64,000 bases of DNA from Nitrospirota bacterium (GCA_963749655.1 CAVVOB010000013.1:64001-128000); one strand, 5' to 3'; positions 37,723 to 48,727 are shown, counted from the stretch's first letter. Numbers and translations: made by a program. The notes: generated by a model from the sequence alone, not told the origin.

Positions 37723-38940
37723 TCAGGACTGGTGTCCAAAGAACATTTCCATCCTGAACAGGATTCCCGGAATCATACGAAAATTGCGATCGTTCGGATA
37801 GCGAACCTGGGGCGCGAGTTCGAAAAAGAGCCATTCCCTCCAGTAACTCTGTCGATACCTGACTCTGAAGGCTATTTCCGTGAGCTTATCTCCGGGGGCA
37901 ATTTGAAAGTTGTTGATCATTTCGTATTGCAGGGCATGCGTCGGATCAAGGGTTTGCCGTACCAGGAAACTGAGGCTGTAGAAGTAGCCGGGAGTGGTCG
38001 CCAGCCAGACGCCGTCAAGAGTTGTGCGGAAAAAACAGTCGCGGGGGAGCGGTCGCTCAAAATCAAAGCGCGTATCAGTCTGCCATTCCGTGTCCGATTT
38101 CCACTGTAATTCCTGGGTGAAGCGGAGTGCCCATATCGTGTACTGCAGAAGCGACCGGTAGCGGGGCGTGAGAAACACGACAGGTTCCAGGCCGCTGAAC
38201 TGAAGTCCGCTCGACACGATGAAGCTTTCTTTCGGTGTTGTGCGGAAAATATATGCGAGAGCAGTGGTAATGCGCTGCTGCTCGGGAGCAGCGAAACGTT
38301 CGCTGACGGTCTGCGCCGGGGTTTTGTCGGCCGGTGCTGCGGCCGGCTCCGCAGAGAACACGAGGTGGGTTTTCCGTTCCATTTGCGGAAGGGAAAGCCG
38401 CACGTCGAAGGCGGGCTTGAACGACGGCCGAGCATAGTTTTCCTGAAACAGATCGGTCCGGAAGCGCACATAGGAGCGGTTGGTTTCATGCACGTAATTA
38501 GGGTCAGCGAAAAAGGAGTCAAGCCAGTCCGCTGTCGACAGAAGGCTTCTTGAGAGCTGGCCGTGAAGCTCATCAAAGAAACCCTGCTTGCCCGGCTCCC
38601 CGGGTTGCTGCACAGCAGGTGCCGATCCTGAGGGGGCTGTGCTCAAGTTCCGCAGCGGAGAGGGGGGTGGGAGCGTTTCGGCTTCCGGTCCGTTGCACTC
38701 ATGTGCCTCCTGTGAAGCGGTCGGCATCGTCCATAAGTCAGGCATGAGCAGCGGTGCAGCGGACGATTCCGTCGGAGATCGCTCGGGCGTGCAGAGAAAT
38801 AGTTCTTCTGCCCATGCCTCGCCGATGATTACCGGAGAGGGGAAAACAACACCCTTCAACAAGAAGGAGGCCGCATCGTACAAAGCCTGGCACAGAACGA
38901 GTGTTGTCAATGCGATGCATATGCGCTTTTTGGCGTGCAT
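37723..38940 (-). CDS. Hypothetical exported protein, probable outer-membrane beta-barrel
   Basis: WLDSFFAD motif, amphipathic strands, C-terminal ...FRMEMFFG; start uncertain. Confidence 0.65.
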   Translation of the reverse strand: MHAKKRICIALTTLVLCQALYDAASFLLKGVVFPSPVIIGEAWAEELFLCTPERSPTESSAAPLLMPDLWTMPTASQEAHECNGPEAETLPPPSPLRNLSTAPSGSAPAVQQPGEPGKQGFFDELHGQLSRSLLSTADWLDSFFADPNYVHETNRSYVRFRTDLFQENYARPSFKPAFDVRLSLPQMERKTHLVFSAEPAAAPADKTPAQTVSERFAAPEQQRITTALAYIFRTTPKESFIVSSGLQFSGLEPVVFLTPRYRSLLQYTIWALRFTQELQWKSDTEWQTDTRFDFERPLPRDCFFRTTLDGVWLATTPGYFYSLSFLVRQTLDPTHALQYEMINNFQIAPGDKLTEIAFRVRYRQSYWREWLFFELAPQVRYPNDRNFRMIPGILFRMEMFFGHQS

Positions 38941-39203
38941 AGTTTGAATTATTCTGAGAATAGAGAAAGGGACGTTGAAAGTCAAGAGGTAAGCGTTTTT
39001 TTGCCTTCGTTTGCTTGAAAGCACCGGATGCTCAGCGCATCTTCGCGCGAGTTGCTGTTCTTATGGAAAAGCGGGGGCCACTGTCAGGGCCGGGATAGCG
39101 GACAGGCTGGAGCGGGAAGAAAAGAGAGGAGTCGTCAGGGTGGCTTCCCGCGCAGTTTTTTCTGTTCAGTTCCGACGCACGGTATGGGGAGAAAGAAACC
39201 CCA

Positions 39204-39878
39204 TCATTTCTTTCGGGCAATATATACTACGTGACGCAGTCCGCCCCGGCCCGGCCGCAGCCGGTCAAAGGAAAATCCTGCTGCAGCGAGCCGTTTCTCG
39301 AACCCGCCTTCAGGGCCTTCTCCCCAAACCGCGAAAATTCCGTTCTGTAAGAGGGCCACTGCGGTTCTTGCGAGAGCTTGCATGCCGTAAAAAGGATCGG
39401 TCTGATCGGCTGCCCCGGCACGAGGGCCTTCATAGAGATCGAGAATGATCGCATCGAATTTCAGGGCTCCCGGTCGGGCCGCATCCGCTATGACGCGGGC
39501 GACATCGGCGATTTCGATGCAGACCCTCCGGTCCTCCACTGCATGACGGGAAATCTCCGCGAGGGGGCCGCGGCACCAGGAAACGATGGCCGGATTTAAT
39601 TCGGCAACGATGACCTCGGCAGTCTCGGGCAGGATGTCGAGGGAGGCGCGGAGCGTCAGTCCCATGCCGAGGCCGCCCATGAGCACCCGCGGCCTGGGCA
39701 GCGCTGCCAGGGGCAGGCTGGCCTGCTCCCCCAGGGCGATCTCGGACCTGTTGGCGCTGCTGTTCATGAGAATCCGTCCCTCTATGACGATCAGAAAATC
39801 GTTTTCCCCGCGCTGCCGGAGCTCAAGGATGCCGTCAGGCGTAGAGTTCGTGTCGAGGGTTTTCCAGGGTTGTGCCAT
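39204..39878 (-). CDS. Spermidine-synthase-like SAM-dependent methyltransferase
   Basis: VLMGGLGMGLTL, VAELNP, FDAIILDLYEGP. Confidence 0.85.
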   Translation of the reverse strand: MAQPWKTLDTNSTPDGILELRQRGENDFLIVIEGRILMNSSANRSEIALGEQASLPLAALPRPRVLMGGLGMGLTLRASLDILPETAEVIVAELNPAIVSWCRGPLAEISRHAVEDRRVCIEIADVARVIADAARPGALKFDAIILDLYEGPRAGAADQTDPFYGMQALARTAVALLQNGIFAVWGEGPEGGFEKRLAAAGFSFDRLRPGRGGLRHVVYIARKK

Positions 39879-40020
39879 GTGCGCTTCCTCGAGGATGATT
39901 TTGTTCTCTGTGGTTAGGAAACAACAAGGACCGGTTTCGGAATGGAGAGCGGACCTGACCGCTCACAATTGTCACCGTTCCGCGGTTCGGTGTCGTGCGG
40001 CCTGCCGGTGAAGGGTATGC

Positions 40021-40425
40021 CTAGTTTTTCTGTTTGGAGTAGACGATGTTTACTTCGTAGGCGATGCTGGCGTGGCCGAGCCGGAGGCTGCCGTTTTTTC
40101 CGCGGCAGAAAATGTTTCCGGTGACCGACTTTTTCTTGCTTTTGACCATGCTGGAGACCACCGGCGTCAGATCAAATCCGCCGTTCGTGCACTCCTGCTG
40201 CACGCAGTCCATGTGAAAACAGGCGTAGTCGGTTGGGAAGAAAGTGACCGTCCTTTTCATCAGAACCGGGCCCGGCGTCCTCTGGTAATAGGTCATGTGA
40301 AAGACGATGTTCGAAACGCCGGGAAGGCGTTCTGAAACCAGGCCGGCTGCGAGCATGACGTTTTTCTTTTGTTCAAGCTTTTCTTTATAGGTTTGTTTGA
40401 TGTTCACGGATTCTTTCTTCGGCAT
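40021..40425 (-). CDS. Hypothetical protein with Cys motifs
   Basis: MPKKES...; FHMDC...CTNGGFDL...C.G...HASI.YE. Confidence 0.7.
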   Translation of the reverse strand: MPKKESVNIKQTYKEKLEQKKNVMLAAGLVSERLPGVSNIVFHMTYYQRTPGPVLMKRTVTFFPTDYACFHMDCVQQECTNGGFDLTPVVSSMVKSKKKSVTGNIFCRGKNGSLRLGHASIAYEVNIVYSKQKN

Positions 40426-40547
40426 GGACCCGCCTGAAGGGAAAATGATGCCGGGAATCATTAGATGTCGCTGAACCCCGGGTATTTGTTTCCAATATTC
40501 ATATAATCGCACAATTTGGCAATTAAATCAATGATATTTTTTTGGGG

Positions 40548-40736
40548 TCATGTTTTATTCCGGCCCTTGGCAGGGCGTTTTTTGGCTGCGAAACATGTTT
40601 CGCAATAGATTCCCTGATCGTTTACATGGCATGTTCGCCATTGGATGTCTCCAAAGGGAGTCTGGAAACTTAACCGTTTTCCGCAGTTGCTGCAATGAGA
40701 TTTTCTTGTTTTTTCAGACTCTTCTTGTTCGTTCAT
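40548..40736 (-). CDS. Small putative Zn-finger protein
   Basis: CSNC and CETC pairs; GGAG RBS upstream. Confidence 0.5.
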   Translation of the reverse strand: MNEQEESEKTRKSHCSNCGKRLSFQTPFGDIQWRTCHVNDQGIYCETCFAAKKRPAKGRNKT

Positions 40737-41085
40737 CCGGCACTATCTCCCTGTTACCATAATATTAGATGAGAGGGATTATATCAGCAAATTATCGTGA
40801 TGAAAAGAGGGAAGACGGGCCGTTTCAGTGAAGCATGGCTCTCAACAGGAATAAGACCGCTCGGTTTACCTTTTCCGGGACGAAGAGGGCCGGTAGCAAT
40901 GAGGGGAGCCATAATTTCCATTATGGAATGGATTGCGGGAGAAACCGTAGTTGCCCCTTTATTTTCAGTAAGATTTTGATTATACTTTTCGTAATAGCAG
41001 ACAGGCGGTGCTGAATATTTACGGGGCATCGGTCTCATCGAAAGTATGCCCGCTGGAAAGGCTGTCATTCAACCGGGATTTTATT

Positions 41086-41757
41086 ATGAAAAAAGTGCTT
41101 ATTGCAGACGAGTTGAGAGGTCTGTTTGCGGACCAGGAGGGTCTTCTCGAACGCTCGGACATAAGGTTGTTCACGGCCCATACCAACGAGGACGTGCTCA
41201 GGATCCACCGGAAGGAGCGGGTCGATCTCATCATCACCCAGATTGACATGCCCGGCGTCAGGAGCGAAGAACTTTTCAACATCATCAGGGCCAGTGAGGA
41301 ACTGCGTCATGTTTCCACCATCATCGTATGCAAGGACACGCTCGACCTCCGGCAACGATGCAGGAGGTGCCGTGCAAATTTCACGTTTACCCTGCCCGTT
41401 GACGGCACCCTCCTTTACCAGAAGGTAGAGCAATTTTTAAGCATCGTTCCGAGGAGATCGTACCGCGCGATGCTGGCCGTCGCAATCCAGGGGAAGTTCA
41501 AGAACAAACCCTTGTCGTTCCGGACCGAGAATATCAGCGCCAGTGGGATGCTCATCAGGTCCGAGGAGCCTCTTGCGCAGGGAGATGGAATTTTTTTCTC
41601 GTTCTTTCTTTCCGACGGAACACATGCCAGCGGATACGGCGAGATTGCCCGTGTAGTCCAGGTAAAGGCAGCGCCGGAGACCTATCAGTACGGGATAAAG
41701 TTTACGAACGTCGATGACGATGTGAAATCAGCTCTCGAGAAGGCCGTGAAAAAATAG
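41086..41757 (+). CDS. Receiver-like + PilZ domain protein
   Basis: MKKVLIADE, DLIITQIDMPG; PilZ RRSYR and NISASG. Confidence 0.85.
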   Translation: MKKVLIADELRGLFADQEGLLERSDIRLFTAHTNEDVLRIHRKERVDLIITQIDMPGVRSEELFNIIRASEELRHVSTIIVCKDTLDLRQRCRRCRANFTFTLPVDGTLLYQKVEQFLSIVPRRSYRAMLAVAIQGKFKNKPLSFRTENISASGMLIRSEEPLAQGDGIFFSFFLSDGTHASGYGEIARVVQVKAAPETYQYGIKFTNVDDDVKSALEKAVKK

Positions 41758-41801
41758 GCATAGGCCGCGGCAGGCGACCTTCGACCCGGTGATCCCTTCC
41801 C

Positions 41802-43730
41802 TTATGCCCTTAACCCCTCCATGAACTTTGCGAATGTATCCCGTTCGTCCGTGATCCTGCATTTGGGAATGGACTTGAGGAACGACTTCCCGTAATTTTT
41901 CGTCATGATCCGGGAGTCGAGCACAGCCACGGCCCCTTTGTCGGTTTTAGTGCGGATAAGCCTTCCGAAGCCCTGGCGGAAGAGGAGCGTGGCCTGCGGG
42001 ACCTGGTATTCGACAAAGGGGTTCTTGAGCCGTTCCATGCGCGATTCGATGACGGGATCGTCGGGCACGGCAAAAGGCAGCTTGGCGATGACAACGCACT
42101 GGAGCGCATCGCCGGGAATGTCGATACCCTGCCAGAACGAGGCGGTCCCCATGAGAATGGCGTTCGGGGCCGCCTTGAACTGTTCGATCAGCCGGTACGC
42201 GGGCATTTCTCCCTGGCAGAGGAAGCCGAGGCCCGGCATGGTGCGGCGGGCCGTTACAGCGCTTTTCTTCAGCTGGCCGTAGCTCGTGAAGAGCACCATG
42301 GTCCTTCCGCGGGTCACGGTCAGAACCGCCCGCAGTTCCTCGTCAAAGCGCTCCTGATAGCCCGGCGCCTGCTGGTCTTCCAGTCCGGGCGCGATGTAGA
42401 GGAGGGACTGGTTTTCGAAATCAAAGGGCGAGTCCAGCAGCAGCTCGGCGGGCGTGTCCAGACCCAGCCGGCTTTTGACGTAGGTGAACGTCCTTCCTGC
42501 CGAGAGAGTGGCCGAGGTGAGCACCACGGTGCCGGTCCTGCCGAACAGTTCGTCCCTGAGGGTTTCCGCAACGTCGATGGGAGATGCCACGAGGCGGTAG
42601 CGCTGGCTCTCGCGTTCCGCCCAGTAAACGTACCCCTCCTCGCTCTGCATGAGATTGACGCGCACGGCCGTTGCCAGCGCCTGCGCCCTTGCCGCGAAGG
42701 CTTTGATCTCCATCTCCTCCTCCTGCGATTCGGCGGTCAGCGCGAGCAGCTCGTCCCGGAGCTCCATGAGCGGATCGCTCAGAATGTCCGGAACGATGCC
42801 CTTTTTTCTGATCCGTAGCGCCGGCTCCCTGGCAAGGAACGGGTGGAGATTGAGAAAAAAATTATCCGAAACGACCCTTAGGCCGTCTACCATGCCGCGC
42901 AATGCCTGGATGTTCTGTTCCTGGACAGTGAGCCGGGTGAGCAGCCCTTTGCGGGTGCGCTGTGAGAGGAGCGAGTCGAGGAGATAGCGGACCGAGAAGT
43001 TCGTGACCTCGATGCCGAGATAATCGGTCGCCACGTCCTCGACCTGGTGCGCCTCGTCGAACACGACGGCCTTGAACTGCGGGAGAACGTTGCCGTCTGC
43101 CGCCATGTTCGCAAAGAAGAGATGGTGGTTCGCGACGAGGACCTGGGCCTGTTGCTCGTACGCTTTCGCTTTCTGGTAGAAACAATCGCGGTAGAAAGAA
43201 CAGTCCTTCCCGAAACAGAGGTCCGCCTGGCGCGAGGCCTTGGCCCAGAGTCCGGACGGCGGTTCGATGTCCAGTTCGCTCCGCAGGCCGGCGCGCGTCA
43301 TGGCGGACCAGGCAAACAGGCGGTTCAGAGGTTCTATCTCGCCCTGTTCGTAAAGATTTCCTATGCGAAGATGGTCGAACCTGCGAAGGCAGAGGTAGTT
43401 TTCCCCTCCCACGCAGAGAGCATACCGAAAGTCGCCCAATACGGAGCGGAGAAAAGGGAGGTCCTTTTCCACGAGCTGCTGTTGAAGCGCTTTGGAATAC
43501 GTGGCCACCACGGCGCGGCAGTTTTCGCGGCGCGTCCAGAGGACCAGCGGAACAAGGTAGGCCATGCTTTTGCCGACGCCGGTGCCCGCTTCGACGATCA
43601 AATGGGTCCTGCTGTCGAGTGCCTGTTCAACCGCAGCGGCCATGTCGTGCTGTTGCGGTCGGTGCTCATAGGTCGATTTCATCGCCCTGCTTATCATGCC
43701 GGTCGGGCCGAAGATCCTCAGCGCGTTCAT
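41802..43730 (-). CDS. DinG/YoaA-family ATP-dependent DNA helicase
   Basis: EAGTGVGKS, Fe-S Cys, VANHHL, DEAH, TSATL, FWQGID, RQGFGRLIR. Confidence 0.95.
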   Translation of the reverse strand: MNALRIFGPTGMISRAMKSTYEHRPQQHDMAAAVEQALDSRTHLIVEAGTGVGKSMAYLVPLVLWTRRENCRAVVATYSKALQQQLVEKDLPFLRSVLGDFRYALCVGGENYLCLRRFDHLRIGNLYEQGEIEPLNRLFAWSAMTRAGLRSELDIEPPSGLWAKASRQADLCFGKDCSFYRDCFYQKAKAYEQQAQVLVANHHLFFANMAADGNVLPQFKAVVFDEAHQVEDVATDYLGIEVTNFSVRYLLDSLLSQRTRKGLLTRLTVQEQNIQALRGMVDGLRVVSDNFFLNLHPFLAREPALRIRKKGIVPDILSDPLMELRDELLALTAESQEEEMEIKAFAARAQALATAVRVNLMQSEEGYVYWAERESQRYRLVASPIDVAETLRDELFGRTGTVVLTSATLSAGRTFTYVKSRLGLDTPAELLLDSPFDFENQSLLYIAPGLEDQQAPGYQERFDEELRAVLTVTRGRTMVLFTSYGQLKKSAVTARRTMPGLGFLCQGEMPAYRLIEQFKAAPNAILMGTASFWQGIDIPGDALQCVVIAKLPFAVPDDPVIESRMERLKNPFVEYQVPQATLLFRQGFGRLIRTKTDKGAVAVLDSRIMTKNYGKSFLKSIPKCRITDERDTFAKFMEGLRA

Positions 43731-43842
43731 GGTGGCGTAGATTAACACGGAGGCAGGGAGAATGCAAATTCTCCTTGGATGACCCCGATTTTTTAGGGTT
43801 TTTGCCCTCTTTTTCTTGCACTAATCGGCATGATGTGTTACT

Positions 43843-44889
43843 ATGCGACGCTGTATGCGCACAGTCACGCCATTCATACTATTTTTCCTTCTGGTGTCCC
43901 TTCCGGCCGGCGCGTCGGACACGGGGCTGATCGTGAGGGGCGTTCGACACGCTTCCTATTCCGGGTTCACGCGCATCGTGTTCGAGATAGAGACCGCCGG
44001 ACCTTACGTTCTGACGCGGTCGCAGGACGGGCGCAGCCTCATGCTGAGCTCCTATGAGGGTGCGTTCGTGCTCAAATCGCCGCTTCCTCCGGTCCATGAC
44101 AGCCTGGTGGACAGCCTTGAGCCCTGGGAAGAGGGGGGACGGACCTATGCCGTCATCCGCCTGGCACAGGCAGGCGGGGAAGTGAAGGACTTTACCCTGC
44201 GCAACCCCAACCGGATCGTGCTGGACATCGCGAAGAGGGGGACTGTTGCGGCAGGCCAGGCGCCTGCGGGCGCGGGGGGCAAGCCCGTCGTTGTCGTCCT
44301 CGACCCCGGGCACGGAGGCAAGGACACAGGTCTCCTGACCGGTGAAGGGCTTGAGAAGGCCATTGATCTGGAGCTTGCCTCGGCGATAAGAAGAATCCTG
44401 CGCAAGAATGAGCGCCTGAAGACGATTTTGACCCGGGAGAGGGATCAGACCCTCGCCCTTGACGAGCGGGCGGCTCTGGCCAACACGGCAGGAGCCGCGG
44501 TTTACGTGAGTATTCATTCTTCGCCGGGGGGGGCTGCTCGCGTTTATATTCAGGACCTGGCGGATGACGCCGACGGGGCCGCCCTGCAGAACCGGACAGC
44601 ACCGGCGACCGGAGATTTTCTCAGCTATGAGGCCGGCAGCGAACAGCAGGCGATTTCGTGGGGCAAACAGCAGGCGGCGCATGCGCAGCAAAGCGGCGGA
44701 CTGGGCAGGATCATCGCGCGCAGGCTTTCGGGAACGGACAATGCCGAGCCCCAGCAGGCGCCGCTCGCCGGCTTGAGGGCCGTCGATGCCGCGGCCGTCA
44801 TGGTGGAACTCGGCACTGCCTTCGATCGCGAACGTGCGGCCAGGGAAATTGCCGCGGGGGTGGAGCAGTATGTCATGGACGCACGATAG
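43843..44889 (+). CDS. N-acetylmuramoyl-L-alanine amidase (AmiC-like)
   Basis: Signal peptide, AMIN-like region, VLDPGHGGKD..EK, SIH, VELG. Confidence 0.85.
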   Translation: MRRCMRTVTPFILFFLLVSLPAGASDTGLIVRGVRHASYSGFTRIVFEIETAGPYVLTRSQDGRSLMLSSYEGAFVLKSPLPPVHDSLVDSLEPWEEGGRTYAVIRLAQAGGEVKDFTLRNPNRIVLDIAKRGTVAAGQAPAGAGGKPVVVVLDPGHGGKDTGLLTGEGLEKAIDLELASAIRRILRKNERLKTILTRERDQTLALDERAALANTAGAAVYVSIHSSPGGAARVYIQDLADDADGAALQNRTAPATGDFLSYEAGSEQQAISWGKQQAAHAQQSGGLGRIIARRLSGTDNAEPQQAPLAGLRAVDAAAVMVELGTAFDRERAAREIAAGVEQYVMDAR

Positions 44890-45463
44890 ATCGATCCAGA
44901 ACAATCATCTGGTTCTCCTGGTCGTGCTCGTATTCGGTATCGCCGCGGCAGGGGGCTACTATTTCTGGTCGCACCGGGAAGCGCGGGAGAGTGCGCAGAA
45001 TCAGCCGCAGAGCGGGAATTCCGTCATTCAACCCGCGTTCCGGAATGAACCGCTCACGGTGACATTCTATTATCCGCTTGCAGGCATGCTGGCGTCCGCG
45101 CCCGCGCCGGCAAAACGGCAGCCGGACACCCAGGCGCAGGCGGGCGAAGCTCTTGCCGTCATCTTCACGGACCCGCGCGCAGCGCAGGCGGACGTGATCA
45201 GGGACCTCAAGGTGGCGGCCTTCTTTCTTGACGCGCGGGGAACGGCGTATGTGGACCTTGCCGTCGGCCAGCCCCAGGGCATCAGGGCTTCGGCGTGGGA
45301 TGAAGAGCTTGCGATCTATGCCATGGTGAACACCCTCATGCAGAATTTCGAGGACGTCAAGCAGGTCACCTTTCTCCTCGACGGCAGAGAGGCCGCGACC
45401 CTCGCGGGGCATATGGACCTTGCGAGGACTTACACGAAAAGGATGGACCTGGTGAAGCAGTAA
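44870..45463 (+). CDS. GerMN-domain membrane protein
   Basis: N-terminal TM; AYVDL, EELAIYAMVNTL..F..VKQVTFLLDG..TLAGHMDL; start uncertain. Confidence 0.85.
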   Translation: MSWTHDRSIQNNHLVLLVVLVFGIAAAGGYYFWSHREARESAQNQPQSGNSVIQPAFRNEPLTVTFYYPLAGMLASAPAPAKRQPDTQAQAGEALAVIFTDPRAAQADVIRDLKVAAFFLDARGTAYVDLAVGQPQGIRASAWDEELAIYAMVNTLMQNFEDVKQVTFLLDGREAATLAGHMDLARTYTKRMDLVKQ

Positions 45464-45538
45464 GCGGCGATTCGTTTCCTGCCGCCCGCCGGCGAGCCGG
45501 GAAACCGAAACCGGTGACTGCTTCGCAATTTTTTACCT

Positions 45539-46342
45539 ATGCAAAAAGCGATCGGCATATTCGATTCCGGCATCGGCGGCCTTACGGTGCTGAAGGAAAT
45601 CATGGCCACCTTGCCCGATGAGAACACCATTTATCTCGGCGATACGGCCAGGGTCCCCTACGGCATCCGTTCTCCCGAGACCGTGACGCGCTACAGCTTC
45701 GAGAACACGCAATTCCTGTTGGCGCAGGAAATCAAGATCCTCGTCGTAGCGTGCAATACGGCGTCAGCCATCAGCCTCGAGGCGGTGAAAAAGGAGTTTC
45801 CACTGCCGGTAATCGGCGTGCTCGACCCGGGAGCGCGCGCGGCCGTGGCGGCAACGAAGGCCGGAAAGGTCGGCGTCATCGGCACCGAGGCCACCATCAT
45901 GAGCGGCGCCTACGAAAAAGCCATTCGGAAACTCGCGCCGGACGTGGAAGTGCACAGCCTGGCCTGTCCGCTCTTCGTATCCCTGGCGGAGGAGGGGTGG
46001 ACCGACAATGATGTGGCAAAGCTCGTGGCGGAAAAGTATCTCGCGCCGCTGCGGGGCACCGGCATCGACTCGCTGGTGCTGGGCTGCACGCATTATCCCC
46101 TGCTCAAGTCGGTGATCGGCGGCGCCGTAGGGCCGGGGATCACGCTGATCGATTCCGCCCGGGAAACGGCAAAGGAAGTGTCCGACGTTCTTGAAAAACT
46201 CAGGTGGAAAGCGGACGGGAGGGACGGGAGCGTGCGGAAATTTTACGTGACCGACACCCCGACCCGTTTTGACAGGATCGGCACGCGGTTTCTCGGCCAG
46301 GCGCATCTCCACGCCGAACAGGTCCGTGTCGGGGGCATGTAG
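45539..46342 (+). CDS. murI: Glutamate racemase
   Basis: FDSGIGGLTV, GDTARVPYG, ACNTAS, LGCTHYP. Confidence 0.98.
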   Translation: MQKAIGIFDSGIGGLTVLKEIMATLPDENTIYLGDTARVPYGIRSPETVTRYSFENTQFLLAQEIKILVVACNTASAISLEAVKKEFPLPVIGVLDPGARAAVAATKAGKVGVIGTEATIMSGAYEKAIRKLAPDVEVHSLACPLFVSLAEEGWTDNDVAKLVAEKYLAPLRGTGIDSLVLGCTHYPLLKSVIGGAVGPGITLIDSARETAKEVSDVLEKLRWKADGRDGSVRKFYVTDTPTRFDRIGTRFLGQAHLHAEQVRVGGM

Positions 46343-46430
46343 CGCCGCTTGCGCAGTATACGCAGGACCGCCTCCGCCGCACCCCTTTGCCCGGGAAGGG
46401 CGTATCAGGACATATCCCGATGAGGTGATC

Positions 46431-47312
46431 ATGAAAAAGCAGGAATGCCAGCAGACCAGAAAGAAGCTTGATCGATATCTGCATGGCCACGTCTTTGCCA
46501 CCGAGCGGGCCAGGATCGGCAAGCATCTGAGCCAGTGCGTCATCTGCCGCTCCGAATTCGAAGCGCTCAAGAGGACGGAGGAAACGCGGCAGATCCTCAA
46601 GGACATCCATGCGTCCGACGGTGTTGTCGGCAGGGTGCAGGACGGTGTCTCCGCGCTCGCCAAGGTAAAGAAGGTTCTCTACCGGCCGCTTTGGATCGCC
46701 GGAATTGTTTTGGCGGCCGGCGCGGTCTACTATTATGCCATGAAACCGAGACAGCTGGACATCGAGATTGAGAACATAGTGAAAAGCGGACCTGCGACAT
46801 CGCCGTCAGCGACCGTTGCGTCGGCGACCCCCCCGGCCCCGGAGCCGCCGGCAGCAAAGCCTGCGACGCCGGCCCCGGCGAACAATGTCCGTCCGCAGAC
46901 TCCTCCCCCGGCTCCTGCGCCGATTCCTGAGCCGCTTGTCGTCACGCTCAAGCCGGAAAATGATACGACTGCAGTTCGCAGGATCAACGAGGTTCTGCGC
47001 GGACACGGACAGCTTCGGACCCTGAAATTCAGCGAAACGGTCAAGGAGGTTGCGGGCAGTCTGACCGCCAAGGAACTGCTGACTTTTTTTGACCGCATCG
47101 GAAGCGCCGCCTCGGTCAGTTACAGCCGCAAACGGATGGAGTCGTTTCCGGCCACGCAGCCGATCCCCTTTGTCCTCAAACTGAAGGCAGCGCCCAAAGT
47201 CCCGGCCGTCAGTGCGGCTGAACCGGCCGCAGCAAAGCCCGAACCGGCGTCGGCGGAAAACAGGGTTCCCTCCGCAGCGTCGTCCGCACCCACGGTCTCG
47301 GCCGTCCCCTGA
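46431..47312 (+). CDS. zf-HC2 anti-sigma-like membrane protein
   Basis: C...HLSQCVIC zinc motif, single TM, Pro/Ala-rich periplasmic part. Confidence 0.75.
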   Translation: MKKQECQQTRKKLDRYLHGHVFATERARIGKHLSQCVICRSEFEALKRTEETRQILKDIHASDGVVGRVQDGVSALAKVKKVLYRPLWIAGIVLAAGAVYYYAMKPRQLDIEIENIVKSGPATSPSATVASATPPAPEPPAAKPATPAPANNVRPQTPPPAPAPIPEPLVVTLKPENDTTAVRRINEVLRGHGQLRTLKFSETVKEVAGSLTAKELLTFFDRIGSAASVSYSRKRMESFPATQPIPFVLKLKAAPKVPAVSAAEPAAAKPEPASAENRVPSAASSAPTVSAVP

Positions 47313-47373
47313 TGCTGCCGGATACCCCTGAGGCAGGTGCAACGCTGACCACGAGGAACGTTCATTGACGAGT

Positions 47374-48727
47374 ATGGCCCCTCATCCGTTATATCAGGAC
47401 ACCATAGAGTATCTCTTTGCGCTCCAGAAACACGGGATCAAGCTGGGGTTGTCCAACAGCGTGCAGATCCTGGACCGGCTGGGCAATCCCCACAGAAAAT
47501 TCCGGACCGTCCATGTCGCGGGCACGAACGGCAAGGGATCGACCTCGGTGTTCATCGCGGAGATGCTCAGGGCCGCCGGCTACCGCGTCGGCCTGTACAC
47601 CTCCCCCCACCTGGTTGACTTCAGCGAGCGGATCAGGGTCAACAATGTCCCGGTGCCGGAAGCAGAAGTCGTGGAGCTGGCGCAGCAGGTGAGGGAGGAA
47701 TGCAGGCGTACGGCGGCTGCCGACGGATCGGGCCCCATTCAGCCCACGTTCTTCGAGGTAACGACGGCGATTGCGTTCCTCTATTTCGCCCGGCAAGGCG
47801 TTGATATCGCCGTCGTCGAAGTCGGCATGGGCGGCCGCTGCGACTCGACGAACGTTATTTCCCCCCTCGTATCGGTCATCACCAACATCGACATCGAACA
47901 TACCGAGTTTCTCGGCGACACCCTGGAGCGGATCGCGGGCGAAAAGGCCGGCATCATCAAACAGGGGGCTCCGGTCGTGACCGGGGCGGCCCAGCAGGAA
48001 GTCCTCGCGGTGTTCGAGCGCGAAGCCGGCGTCAAGGGGACGCGTGTGCTTCGTCTGGGCCGAGAATTCGCGGTCTCGGCGGAAAGCTCCTCCGGGGACG
48101 GCCAGGTCTTTACGTACCGTGGAACGGTCGCGCACTACAGCGCCCTGCGCATTCGCCTGCTCGGCAGGCATCAGCTTGAGAACGCCGGCCTGGCGCTTGC
48201 GGCTGTTGAATGCCTGCGCGGCGCCGGCGTGGCCGTCGACGAGGCCGCGGTGCGGTCCGGGCTGGCGCAGGCCCGATGGGAAGGCCGGCTGGAACGCATG
48301 AGCGCGAAATCCCGATATCTTTCTGGACGGCGCCCACAACCCCGCGTCTGCGCGCAGGCTCGTTGCGGCTGTGCGGGAACTCATGCCCGGTTACCGGAAG
48401 CTTATCCTGATCATCGGGATCCTGGGAGACAAGGACTATCGGGGAATCGTGCGCGAGCTCGTTCCCCTTGCAGCGACGGTCGTGGCAACCAGGCCCCGTT
48501 ATGCACGGGCGCTGGATGTCGAGTCGCTCTGCACTGAAATCCGGAAGCACCACGGCTCGGTCGTTCCAGCAGATTCCGTGGGCGAGGCCATCGTCGCAGC
48601 GCGGGAGTCGGCTGCGCCCGGCGACGTGATCCTCGTGACGGGATCCCTGTATGTCGTGGGAGACGCACGGGCATTTCTTTCCCAGGACTCCGCGAAGGGC
48701 TCAGCCCTGCGGGATCTCACCGGGTAG
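47374..48727 (+). CDS. folC: Folylpolyglutamate/dihydrofolate synthase (apparent +1 frameshift near 48308)
   Basis: HVAGTNGKGS, YTSPHL, EVGMGGR.DSTN; DGAHNP and TGSLYVVG in the shifted frame. Confidence 0.93.

Noticed and set aside
40740-41085. c-di-GMP riboswitch near the PilZ gene
   Set aside because: Only a GGTAAAC-like fragment on the minus strand; the GNRA loop, receptor and P1 pairing were not found by eye.
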